The notes beneath the pieces were generated by a model that saw only the letters and a list, made by a program, of their open reading frames with translations, did not search any database and was not told the origin of the DNA. Both the position numbers and the translations under genes were made by a program. Shown one piece after another: positions 24,646-36,253 of a stretch of 64,000 nucleotides of DNA. Origin of the DNA: Microbotryum violaceum (Eukaryota); assembly GCA_001244265.2 (NCBI GenBank), contig CDLV01000006.1, forward strand, positions 2,480,001 to 2,544,000, given 5' to 3'. Every line of letters begins with the position of its first letter. Position 1 is the first letter of the stretch.

Positions 24646-25320
24646 ATGACTGGCAGGAACGGACTAGCGATGAAACGCTCGTTCTCGCATCCTACCCAAT
24701 ATTACTCCGCTCCACTTACCCAAGACCTCCCCTTCCTCAACATCGACCCATCGGCACAAGACCCGAATGCCTACCCTTTCCCACGAACGCTTGCCCGTCA
24801 ATCCTCGACCACTTCCCTCTTCCCATCTTCGAGGTCGACGACTGGGCCTTCGGGTCGTCCACCTACTCGTCAAATGACGGGAATGACTCTGGATCGATCG
24901 AGGAGGGATTCGACGGCGAGTACGATTCGACCGACTTGTCATCGTGCGAAAACGACGTCGTCCATCCATATGTCAAAGAAAGCGTCCTTTGCGTCCCTTG
25001 TCGATCATCTCCCACCGCCAACGACGAGTTTGACCTTGACGCCGGAGACATGGCCGACGTTCAAGAAGGAATTCAAGGCGTCCCTCAAAGCAGCGGGGAT
25101 GTACAAGATGCTCAACGGTGAGATCCCCGCCCCCATTCGACGAAGGGATCAACGTAATGACGCGGCGTACGACGAAGCGATGGAGGATTTTCTGGCCAAG
25201 AGGAGCGAGGCGAGGTTGTTCCTCAATGCGAGTTTGGGGCCCGAATTGTTCGAGAGGATCCAAGATCGCCCGGTGGAGGATATGTGGAAGAGCTTGGTGA
25301 GGCTATACGAGGGAGCTTGA
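24646..25320 (+). CDS. Ty1/copia Gag-derived protein B with Ser/Thr/Arg-rich N-terminal extension
   Basis: C-terminal LTPETWPTFKKEFKASLKAAGMYKMLNG.IPAP..SEARLFLNASLG..VEDMWKSLVRLY aligns by eye with protein A and the copia Gag N-terminal pattern. ATG at 24646 or 24670. Confidence 0.7.
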   Translation: MTGRNGLAMKRSFSHPTQYYSAPLTQDLPFLNIDPSAQDPNAYPFPRTLARQSSTTSLFPSSRSTTGPSGRPPTRQMTGMTLDRSRRDSTASTIRPTCHRAKTTSSIHMSKKASFASLVDHLPPPTTSLTLTPETWPTFKKEFKASLKAAGMYKMLNGEIPAPIRRRDQRNDAAYDEAMEDFLAKRSEARLFLNASLGPELFERIQDRPVEDMWKSLVRLYEGA

Positions 25321-25384
25321 CGCTCGTGTTGGAGTAAGGGGGCGTAGTTGTGGTGAATTGCAAATACCCGACGTCCGTTCGTGT

Positions 25385-26737
25385 TCATGAAGCCTCTTGC
25401 GTCTTGTCCGCTTCTTTCTCCCTTGCTTCCTTCCTCTTTCTTGCCCACTCCTTGATCTTCTCGGCCTTCTTTGCCCGTCGTTCCTGTTCGTCCTTGTCCT
25501 CTTCGGTCGATGGGGTCGGGATCGGCGTTTGGTTCGCATTCGCAGGCTCCCTCAGTTTGTCCTCCTCTTCTGCTGTCGCTGTATCGCCTTCTTCTTCCTC
25601 ACTATCACTCCCATACCCATTCAAACCCAAACCCAACCCATTCCCACTCCCATTTCCCACGTTCTCCTCGTCGTTCCGCCTCGCCTCCTCCCCTACAGGT
25701 TCCCCTTTCTTGATCCTCTCCCATAGGTCACTCCATTTCCCTTCCTTTCTCAGAAAGTCAAACCGTGGGTCTCGTCCATGGTTGGCCATGATGCGTATTT
25801 CGAGTAGAGAAGGGTCGGCGGCGTTGGAGAGGGTGGTGTGTAGTTTCTTCATGAGTGCCAGTTGAGTCTCGGACGGCTGTTTTCGGGTAGCGAAGGGTTA
25901 GCTCTCGGAAGAGTTTGCTTGACCGTCAATGAAGCAACGTACCTCAGTTTCCTCATTTTCGTGCTCCTCCTCCTCCTCCTCTTCTTCTTCCCGCTTCAAT
26001 GCCTTGATCCTCTCCTCCCTGCCCAACTCTAACCTTTTCGACTTCCTCTCCCTCTCAATGAGCTCCCTCTCCTCGGGTTCGAAATAGAACATTTCTTCTG
26101 CATCATCGGGGAGGTCTTCGAAGCCTAGGTCCGGGGGTAGAAGGGGTGTGGTGGTTGATTCTAGTATGGGTAGAGAGGAAAGGAGGTTGAGGGCGTCGTA
26201 TCTGATTCAGTGAGGAGTTCGTTTCGTCAGTTTTGCCAAGCCGAGCCTCCTTTACGGAGAGCCCATCCTTGCTAATGCGACGAGTTGAACGCACCTATCG
26301 ATCCAAATCTCTTGTTGTTGATCCCCCTCTCGATGATCGAACCCCGCACCGCTGCCCGCTTCCCATCTCATCATCCTCGTACGCCCACTGGCGTCGGTCG
26401 TCAGCGAACTCGTACTCGAGCTGGGCATCTGTACGCGCCTGGCCCAGTCGGGATGACCCCTAATCAACGAAGCTTCATGAGCGACCAAGCACAGCCGAGA
26501 GCTCGCGCGGGGCTCGGGGAGATTGTGGCTGATGTTGGAGGGTTGGGAAAAGGTCATACTGGAAGTTGAAGCTGATGCGGGGCGGGAAGCGTATGCGTAA
26601 GATGCAGAACCATTGCTCGTGCTCTGAGGTGGGGCAGGGTTGAGCGGGTCGTGCTGCTGGGCGTGATGGGGGTGAGACCGTCGTCCCGGGTGACGAGGCC
26701 CGGGATGAGTACGAGGTCGTTTGGAAGGGGGAGCCAG
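25385..26737 (-). CDS. Suppressor-of-white-apricot-like (DRY/SURP) splicing factor
   Basis: LVAHEASLIR, IWIDR|YDALNLL and SURP-like LEIRIMANHGRDPRFDFLR..W. First in-frame ATG is 26557; putative CUG start at 26737. Confidence 0.7.
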
Positions 26738-26939
26738 GATGGAGGAGAGGAGTTCCGGGATGAGTGAGGGATGAGGAGAAGTGACGGATGGGTTGTGCGA
26801 TGACGAAGAAACGAGCTTCCGCACCTCGCACGGACCTCCGTCCAGGGACACTTGCACACGCGTCGAGGCTCGCCCTGACCAACCTGGGGCTCAGCTTGTC
26901 TTCCTCGACCAAACCCCGCGAGTCAAAGGAAGAGGGTCG

Positions 26940-29900
26940 ATGGCTCAGGCACCGCCACCGCCACCTACACTCGTCACTCATGCACAACGCAATCTACCGA
27001 CGACGACATCCATCACGCCCTGTGCATGCTGCCCTACACGCGATTTGCTCGCCTTGCTCAGCTCCCCCTCCGCCTCCCCCTCCGCCTCCACATCATCCAC
27101 GAACGACGCCTCAACCTCGACCTCCAACTCCGGAAGAGGCAAACTGAGCCTGTACCGGACCACAGGCCAGATCGATCATGTGTGGGAGTTTGCGCCTTCC
27201 CCATCTCCATCTCCATCGACTGTGACTGTGACTGCGGCCGTCGCCCCGACAGCTCCGGTGAGCAAGTTCGCGGCGTTTGGACAGGCCAAGGCGAAAGCCA
27301 AAGCGGTCCAAGTCGGCATCGATGCGATGGCTTGGAGTCCAGATGGTGAGAATCAGATGCGGTCGGTCAACAGCTTTCGAGCAGCGCTGATCATCTACCC
27401 TCCTGCGGTGATCGAACAGGGCACCACCTCGCCGTGCTCAGTTCTTCCTCTCCCCTACCAGGGACGACCCTCTCCAACCTCGAAATAGTTGCTCTACACC
27501 AACCCACCCCCAAATCCCTCTTACCTCCGACCTCGATACCTTGGAACGAAAAAGCCTTTTCCAAACCCTCCCACCTAGCATGGCATCCCCTCACGACCGT
27601 CAAAAAACCTGAGCCCTCTCCAGAAAACCTAACTTCCCGTCGACCGCCCCACCCCGAATGGACCTACAGACCCCTACGTTCCTCGGCGCAAGCACTCATT
27701 GCAAAGCTCCCCGCTTTACCCGATCTGAACGCTTTCAACGCCTCTACTGCTTTGATAGGAGCGACCGATCCGAATTCGTCTTCCGGTTCGGGTTCTGTCG
27801 CTGCGGGTACGGGTGGTGGACCCGGCGCTGCTCGAGCGGCGATTTTCGGCGCCAAGAATGCGATGCTGCAAAAGGAACGGGAAAAAGATATGGGAAAACC
27901 CTTGCTTTTGAACGAGGCCGCGCCGAGGTTCCCTACGCTTTTGGAAGAGTCGAGAGTGAAGGGTGAGCAGGGGGAAGGCTCGGTGTTGGTTGTGGGGCAA
28001 GGTGGGGGCAAGGTGACGATTTATTATGGTGGGAGCGTAATGCTGGGCACAGTCGACGTAGGGGAGGGACTGGATCAGGTTCAAGTGCATGGTTCAACGA
28101 CCCTTCCTTGGGATGAGACACAGGCGGGTACTGCTTTGAGGAACCCACCGCGAGGCACGTTCCGCATCTCGCTCCTGGTTTCGTCCAACGACCCTGCCGA
28201 TCCTACAAGTCGAGATTGGCGCGATCGGCAAATCAACTTTGATCTACCGCCGACACTACACCTCCTCATGACGCAATCGACCGAACTACACCGACATATC
28301 AGCCATGCGTTCGAAGCACTTCAATCCGTCCGTACGTTATGGGACGAAGCCCGACGCCTTGGCAAAAGTTGGTTATCGAGAATCTCGGAAATGTCCAAAG
28401 CGCATACGATAACGACCTCACCGATCACACAACTCCTCCTCCTTTTGTTGACCGGTCGACCTTCAGCGGCTTTGCACGACTTCCTCGCGAGCAAGATGAA
28501 TGAAAAGTCCTTGTCGAAATGGCAAGGCTCGATGGCTCAAGTCTTGCAACGCCTCAAGAGCGTACCATACATGTCCCTACAACCCGCTATCGAAAGGACT
28601 GTCTTACTTTTGGAGGAGGTGGAGAGTTGGGCGATGTGGAAGGAGAAATGGGGGGCGTTTGGATTGGAGTTGGGAGAGGTGAGGAGGTGTCTGAGGTTGG
28701 GAACGGGGGTGGTCAAGGCTTGTGCGAGGTTGGAGAGGGTTGTCGTGGAGGAGGAGAGGTGCTTTGAGGCATTTGGGGCTTGGTTGCATTATGGTCTGTT
28801 GACGCAGTCTTACTTTACGCATCGTCGAGCGAGAACGCTGACGATCATTCCACTGAGGAAACGCAGAACTGGAAAAAGTTGCGGCACAAGAAGGCTCCGA
28901 GATCGTCCCCATCGCGAACTTCACACCCCTACCCGTCGCCTATTACATACGCCACTGTCTCCCCGTCGAAGTTAATTCTATACTTCCCTTCCTCAACTTT
29001 GGGCCCTTCTCCGCATCCTTGGACACGAACGTCGATCTGATCCGAGCGAAGAAATGGATTGATGAGTTGGAGGTTATAGGAAAGAGGGGCAAGACGAGGG
29101 AGGAAGGGGAGGAGGAATTGCGCAACGTATTGAAGAGGATGAAAGAGGAGTTGAAAGGGCAGATCACGGCGGAACGGGTGGAGGCGACGGCGGAGGATTG
29201 GGAGGGGACAGTAGGGGGATGGGATAAGGAGGGACTGTTGGGGGCCGAGGGTTTGGAACCTCCTTCCAAACCTAGGGATGACGCGATGGGGGACGATGTC
29301 GTACCACCAACGGCTCCTGGATCGGCGAATAAGGCGAAATTAGAAGAAGACGACATTTCAGTTTCGCTACCCATCTTATTACACCTCTTGGCTGGACGAG
29401 TAGCGCGGATCATGGATCAGGCGATCACGGCCGTTGGTGCGCCTCGTGTCCAGGAAAAGCCAGTCGTGAATCCGGAGTCGAGCGGGGTGGAAGTCATCAC
29501 GCGCACTTCGAGGGAGAGAGTACTGTATAGGGAGCAGACGGTCCGGAATGATGTTTGGAGAGTGTGGATCGATGGGGAAGTCTGTGAGTTCTTGAGCGGG
29601 CCGATCTTCGTGCTGGATCTTCCCGAAGGCTTGGAGGAGCTAACTAACGCGCGCGGTGACGCTCGCCTCTCCAGTCCGAGTTGTCAAGACCATCTATAGC
29701 ACCTATACCGAGGCATCGAACATACAGCTAGGAGCTTTGGCGCGTTTGGTCGATGAGCGTGATTGCCGATTGGAGGTGATTGATCTGGCTTGGTTGGACC
29801 TGGATGAATTGGTCATGATTTGTAGGATCCACGAGGGGAAAGGTGAATTGGTTTCAAGGGAGGGAAGTGGAGGTGAAGTGGGTACCTGGGGGATATTGAT

Positions 29901-30310
29901 GCTTGGACGCCCTTCTGTTTTGATTGACAGTCACCTCACATTACTTGCTGAGCGTGTGCATGTCCGCACTCTCGTTCGAGCCCTTGACGAGCAACCCTTG
30001 CCGCGTGAGTTATGCTTCCCTTTCGGTCTCGACAGGCGCAAACCCAGCTGCTGATACGCAGGCCACTCCCATCCAGGACTCGCCTACGCAGCGGATCCCC
30101 CTGCATCGAACTCTGCTGTTTGAGCCTCAATTCCCTCCTGAAGGTTTGTCGATTCAACCGTATCGAGAGGAGGAGGACGGGTCGACTTGTAGGAGTGGTG
30201 CGCCTGTGGCGTGCGTGCTCGCTGGGGACGGGAGAAGATTGCAAATGGCGGTCATTGAGGGGGGGTTGTTGGAGAACTATGACGAGGAAGGTGATGAAAA
30301 AATGTTGTAG
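26940..30310 (+). CDS. APC4: Anaphase-promoting complex subunit 4
   Basis: ACCPTRDLLAL, KLSLYR, AMAWSPDG (WD region); LLLTGRPSAALHDFLASKMNEKSLSKW, LQPAIER, FGAWLHY (APC4 long domain). Confidence 0.85.
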
Positions 30311-30580
30311 CTCTAAAAAGGTGTGCAAGGGATGAACTGAACCCTGTAGATGCGACCGAGGAGGTCCGTGCGTTCTGCTCGCTCTCGCTCTGATCGTCGT
30401 GGTTCGAAATGAGGGGCAATCGAGGTCGAGCGAGGCCCAGTCGCTCCTCCGCTCCTCAACTCGCACCCTTGCATACCCCGCACGTGAGTCTGGCCCGCTG
30501 CACACCGTACGAGAGACCCAGTGACCGACCGTAGCTGACACCTGCACCTGTCTGTTCCGTCATCGTCGTCATGCTCCGGC

Positions 30581-30621
30581 CTGGTGCCATCCTGTGCCAT
30601 CCTGTGCCACCCTGTGCCATC
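30581..30621. repeat. 10-bp tandem repeat (CCTGTGCCAT)x4 upstream of SUI1
   Basis: ctggtgccat cctgtgccat cctgtgccac cctgtgccat. Confidence 0.85.
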
Positions 30622-30729
30622 GAACCGACTGCTGCACCGACCCTCGTCACCTGGACCACAGTCATCCCTCTTCCGCCGCGCTCTCCCCCTTCTCTACCCT
30701 CATCTCACCCAGTTCAGAACCACCTTCGT

Positions 30730-31425
30730 ATGGTCAGTTCCATCTGGCCCACGCCTCACCCAGCACACTTCAAAGCTTCAGAGCTGACCCGATCACTCCG
30801 TGCGGCGGTGAGCAGAGCACAATCCTCAACAAGCCTTACGACGCGTTCGCCGACGAGGAACAGGACGTCGCCGTCGAGACCACCAAGAAGGCTTCGACTG
30901 GTCAGTTGCGAGAGGGACTGTTTCGTGTGCCGGGCTGTCTCAGAGTGGGAAGGAAGGACGGGCGTCGTGTGCGCGTGAAAAGGGGGAACGGCCGCGGATC
31001 ACAGGGGCCTCCCCGAGTGGTGGATGATCCTGTTGGGGGAAGAACAACATATTCACACCCTCACTTTTGCTCCCACAGTCGCCAACCACATTCACATCCG
31101 TATCCAACAACGCAACGGTCGCAAAACGATCACCACCCTTCAAGGCGTCCCGACCGAATATGATCCCAAGAAGCTCTTGAAGGCGTTCAAGAAGGAGTTC
31201 GCCTGCAACGGATCGCTCGTCGATGACGAAGAGATGGGCCAGGTCATCCAGCTGCAGGGCGATCAACGAACAAAGATCGCCGAGATCTTGATCGAGGAAG
31301 GTATTGGTCAGTGATCGCAGGGGCGGCTCGACCTCTGGTAGAAAGCCTCGACTGACCCCCTCGGGAGTCGGTTTCGTCCGTGGTACCCTACAGACAAGGA
31401 GACGATCAAGTTGCACGGTTTCTAA
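30730..31425 (+). CDS. SUI1: Translation initiation factor eIF1
   Basis: Exons 30730-30732 (ATG only), 30816-30900, 31079-31306, 31394-31425; HIHIRIQQRNGRKTITTLQG..KKEFACNG..IQLQGDQR..IKLHGF*. Confidence 0.97.
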
Positions 31426-32124
31426 TCGACCCGCTCGGATGGACGTCGCGTTCGGTCCGGATATCCGGTAACCGGGTTGCAACGTGACCGGAAGGAATGT
31501 CTGCTTGTGTTTTTCTCTCTCACATCGCGCCACGTTTCCGACCTTCCCTTGCTCCCTCTGTCTCCACGTACTGGGCGTGTGTGTGTGTGCACTGACATCA
31601 TCTGTTCGCTTCCACAATTTCGTTTCGCGTCCTCGATGAGGGGTACGAGAGTTCGATTAAACTGCACTGGAGGGAGTATGAACACTCGCCGCGCCGACCT
31701 GGAACACCTTCAGAGCTTCTCCCAGCCTCAATGGACCAAGAAAGAGCATCAAAGCAGACTCTCATAAAAGTGACACTGTTTGCATGACAAGCGGGCGGTC
31801 CTTATCTCCACAAAAAAAAACCAATGGCGAATGAGTGACGAAGGGGGCAAGAGAAACAATTGCGAGAGTAAGCAATTTAAAGTCAATAAAGATGGAAGAC
31901 GGAGGAATACGCGGGTAATGGTAGTAGTAGTAAAAGCAGGTTAATATAGAAAGATGGGGTTGTGGAGAGCGCATAGAAGTCAAACTATGGCGGACTCCTC
32001 GGTAAAAGGACTTTCGGAGTCGGCAACGAGGTGATCTACATGAGGGGAAGAAGAGAGAGACATGGGGTTGGGGGCACTACGCTGAGCTGCTTTCTAGAGA
32101 GGGAACGAGAGAGGAGGACGGTGA

Positions 32125-35100
32125 TCAACTCGGTTGAGGTGGCGGTGACGACCTCGTCGGGTTCAAACCACTGCTTTGGAAGACCGACGCCGAGTGGAAA
32201 CTCGCGATGCTAGGCGCGCCCGAGACCATGCCTGATGGATCGTAGGGTGAGTTCGGGGGCATCGGTTGCGCACCCGGTGATTGAGGCGGTGGCGATTGGC
32301 CGAGGTGTTGACGCGAGAGCGAGGTCGAGGAACCGGCCGCTCCGTTCGGGAACGGGTAGGGGGAATAGCGCTCGTGGTGCGAATGACCGTCGCGAGGACT
32401 CGAGGCTCTGGCACCTCGTGACTCGCTGCGTTCGGCCGAGACTCGACTTGAGGTCGCGAGACCGTTCATCTGTCGTACCAGTGAAGACTCGAGCGACGAA
32501 TGCCCCGTCCCCGTGCGCGTGTAATGCCCCGGAGTACTGTTGCCTGCGCCGTAGACCGATCGAGCCGGTGCCGAGGTCGTCGAATTGAGCGACGAGAGGG
32601 AAGGCACGCGGGTCAACCCCAACTCGGCGAGTTGTTCCTGTCGCAAGCGTCGTTCGGGATCCGAAGCCGAGCTTGCGATCGACGATATTGACTGCCCCGA
32701 AATGGATTGCGCCGTGCGTCCTCGGATCGAAGTCGCCTCACCCGACGACACCGAGTGCACGTCGTCATCGTCGTGCCGCCGTCTCGCCTTGTGACTCGTG
32801 ACCTGCAATCTCGACGTATCCTCAACGATCTGCGGCATCTTGGATTTGAACGAGTTTTGCGACATCGAATTGTGAACGCTGAGCGTATCCGCCACTCGAA
32901 CTTTGCCTTTCTCCACTGGTGCGACCAATCGAGGCGAGTTGGAAAAGTTGTGCAACGGATCGGCCGCCTCTCGCAGCTGCGTCTTCTTCTGCATGACCGC
33001 TCGGGCACGCTCGCGCGATGCTTGCATCGCCGCATCGCGCTTGGCTCGTTCGACATCCCGAGACGCCTTCTCCGCCGCCTTGAGCTCCTTCTTCGTCTTG
33101 GGCGCCGTAGAGGCTTCGGTCGTGACACCTTCCATGGGCGTGCCGCCGTTGAGCGATGATGAGGTCGAAGGGGTGCGTTTGAGCGAATGACTGATGCTGG
33201 CGGCGGGAGCGTCGGCCGATGAATCGCCAGAAAAGACCTTGCCCAAACCCCAACGACCAGACTTGGTCGGTGCTGCAGCAGGTGCCGGTGTCGCAGTGAA
33301 TCCCAGTCCGGAGTTCGGACCTTGTCGAGATGAGGCCTGCTGATGCTGCTGTTGATGCTCGAGGTGCCTTCGCGCATTCGTCTCGGTCGAACCCGTGGTA
33401 ATGTTGCTCGAAGGTGAATCGGGGAACGTCGGCGATGGCGCATCGTCCAATGTGCCGTAGCCAACAGGGAACGACATGATCGAAGAGGGCCTCTGCTGAG
33501 TAATGCCCTCGAAAACCGAACCGTCGTAGAACGTCGACGCGGCGATCGAGACACCCGAGAAAGAGGGTCGTCGAGGAAGTAGACCACCCATTCCTCCTAT
33601 CGGGTTCGTACGCATGTGCGCCTGGGACGACGAAGCCGGTGACCGATATGGCTCCTTCGGCGCCATGCCCCAACCCTGATCTCCCGTGTCCGTGCTCCAA
33701 AGCGAAGATCGTGACAGCGGTCGCAAGCTGGCCGACTGTCCATCGCTCGGACTCTCCGGGTAAGACATCATCGCGCGGTCCAGGCTCGAGGCGTTGTCAG
33801 ATGTCGCTAGCGGTGCGCTCGACACGTGTATCGGGTAGTTGGACATGCCCGACGCGATGCTGCTGGAGTCCTCGGGATAATACCGATAGCCAGAGTTCGA
33901 ATCGCCACGATCGACATTGGGAAAGAAGCGACCGTTCGCCTCGGTGCCGACCTGGAACGGCGGCTTGTAATGCGACGGGGTATGCCCATGTGCGGGAGGT
34001 AGTACTCGAGGAGAAGGAGCGCTCGGTGCAATCGAGGCCGACACCGCCGAGGTCGTCGAAATAGTGAGCCCGTTCAACGATGGCGCCTGGTACATCAATT
34101 CTTGCGTCGCGGGGATTGCAGGTTTGGCCGATTCGGGGGCTCGATACGGCGCGTAGCGGTAGGCGACCTCGCGGAAGTAGGCGTGGTCAATGCATTGTCG
34201 AGCCGTCAGGCGGGCGCGGGGTTCGTAGCGCAGCAAATCGGCGATGCAGTCGATCATTTGCGGCGATACCGTGTTCGGATCGAACAAACTTGTGAACGTC
34301 CGCGGCGGAATCTGCGTCCGAGGTCGGTAGCTCGTTCAAGTCAGCTCTGTTCAGAGACCCACGATCTCATGCACCAACCTTTGAGAACGCGAACCCGACA
34401 TCTTTCGCCATCTTCACACCTCTCGGCCATAGCCCTCCACCCCGTGTTCTTCCCCTTTCATCAATTCCATAATCCGTACTCGGATCACCCAACACCTCGC
34501 AAATCTTGAACACCTGATCGACCTCGCTGTCACCGGGGAATATCGGTTTGAGTGTTAGAACCTCAAGCATGATCGTCCCCAAGGCCCACATGTCGACAGG
34601 GTTCGAATAATCGCGAGACCGCAGCAAGACCTCGGGTGCTCGATACCACCTCGTTGAGACGTATTCCGTGTACGGCGGTTGACTCGCCGTTTCTCGCGCC
34701 AGACCGAAATCGGCGAGTTTAACGCTCACGACGACGTCCTTTTCCGGTGGTGTCGTCGCGTTGGCGAACAAGGATGAGGCAGGGTAGTCGGCCAAACCGG
34801 TGGTGGTGATCAAGAGGTTCTCGGGTTTCATATCGCGATGAAAGAAGCCGGATTGATGAATGTGGTCGAGCCCGGCGAGAATTTGTTCGAATATAGACGC
34901 GGTCAAACCGGACGCTAGTGGCCGCCCTTTGCGCGATTTGGTGAGTTGGTACAGGTTCCCCTCCATGCATTCGAATACGAAATAAAGCTCCTTTGACGAA
35001 GGGAGTAGAAATGCGTCATATAATGGAATAATATTGGGGTGCATCGGGATCGATTGAAGGGACTGTGCAAGGGATGGTAGTCATGGTGATCAATCAGCAC

Positions 35101-36253
35101 ACTGCGGACGACAAGCATGAGCGAACGAGTGCCGCCGACGCACCTTGAGTTCCTTAAGTTTTGTACATTCCGCCCATCCTCCTTCGAAAGCCTTTTTCAT
35201 CCTCTTGATCGCGACCAGCCGCTTCCCCTTATATTCCGGTCTCGAACTCGGCCCCGGCAGTAACGTCCCCGGCGGAAGCTGCAAATCGGAATGCCAATCC
35301 GCGAGCCAGACCGTACCAAAGGACCCGTCGCCGACCTCCTTGATGATGGTGTACGATCTCGGTTCGAGCGGTGGGAGGAACTGCCTCGCTATCGGGGGGA
35401 AGTTGGGCATTGGCGGGGAGAACTTGTGCCCTCGCGAACTGGTGCTGTGCGCCGACGCGGGCGAGGTCAGACCGGAAGCCAGCGAGTCCGAGTTGGACGT
35501 CGAGCGATCGTGGACCCAGGAGCTGCCCGAGGACGAGGACGAGACATGAAGCGGTTGGTGCGGTCGAGGTGCATGGTGGGACGCGTAAGAGGATGTCGGG
35601 TTCGGCCGTGGTAGTGTTGGCGATTGGGACGGGTGTTGATGCAGCGGTGAGCTGGCGAGACCACTAGCCGCGCCGTTAAATGACGATGCAGCGCTATGCG
35701 ATGACCGAAACCAAGAAGCCGGTCCGCTCCCAGAGCCGCCGGCCGCGGCGGTAGTGCTAGTCGAGACGGAAGTCGAGGCCGAACCGATCGAAGCGAGGGA
35801 AGGCGAGTGGAGGTGGTGGTGATTGTGCTGATGCTGGTGGTGCTGCTGGTGGTGCTGCTGGAGCTGGTGGAGGAGATGCTGCTGTTGCGATTGCGCGTAG
35901 GCTTGCGAATGGCGAGCCGACGACGGCGACGGCAGCCGAGACGGCGAGGGCGAATTCGGGTTCGACGAGGAGGCCCGGTTCAGCAGTCCGTGCAGTGAAT
36001 TGGTCGAGGCTGCTGCGTGAGAGGACCCGGCAGCGCCATAGTCTCCTAAGCCGGCCGAGAGCGTAGACCATGAACTTGACGCGTGATTAATCGCGGAGGT
36101 TGGTGATGCAGCCGCCACTGCCGCTCCCGCGCGAGACGCTAGCTCGTACTTTGGGCCAGTCATGCCCGCGACGCCATTGTAATGATGTCCCGGACCGACG
36201 ACGACCTCATTGTTGCTGCAACTCGGTCCCGCCACCAACGCCGCTGGTGCCAT
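32125..36253 (-). CDS. IME2: Ime2/Crk1 (MAK/ICK-family) protein kinase
   Basis: [48 protein letters not shown] (TxY activation loop); long low-complexity termini including a Q/H tract. Confidence 0.9.

Noticed and set aside
22800-25380. Intact copia LTR retrotransposon
   Set aside because: No pol motifs, LTR pair or recognisable PBS/PPT found by eye, and no space before the next gene.
30571-30732. N-terminally extended eIF1 from upstream in-frame ATG
   Set aside because: The extension runs through a tandem repeat and a pyrimidine-rich leader and is not eIF1-like. It is probably upstream of the TSS, though this is unproven.
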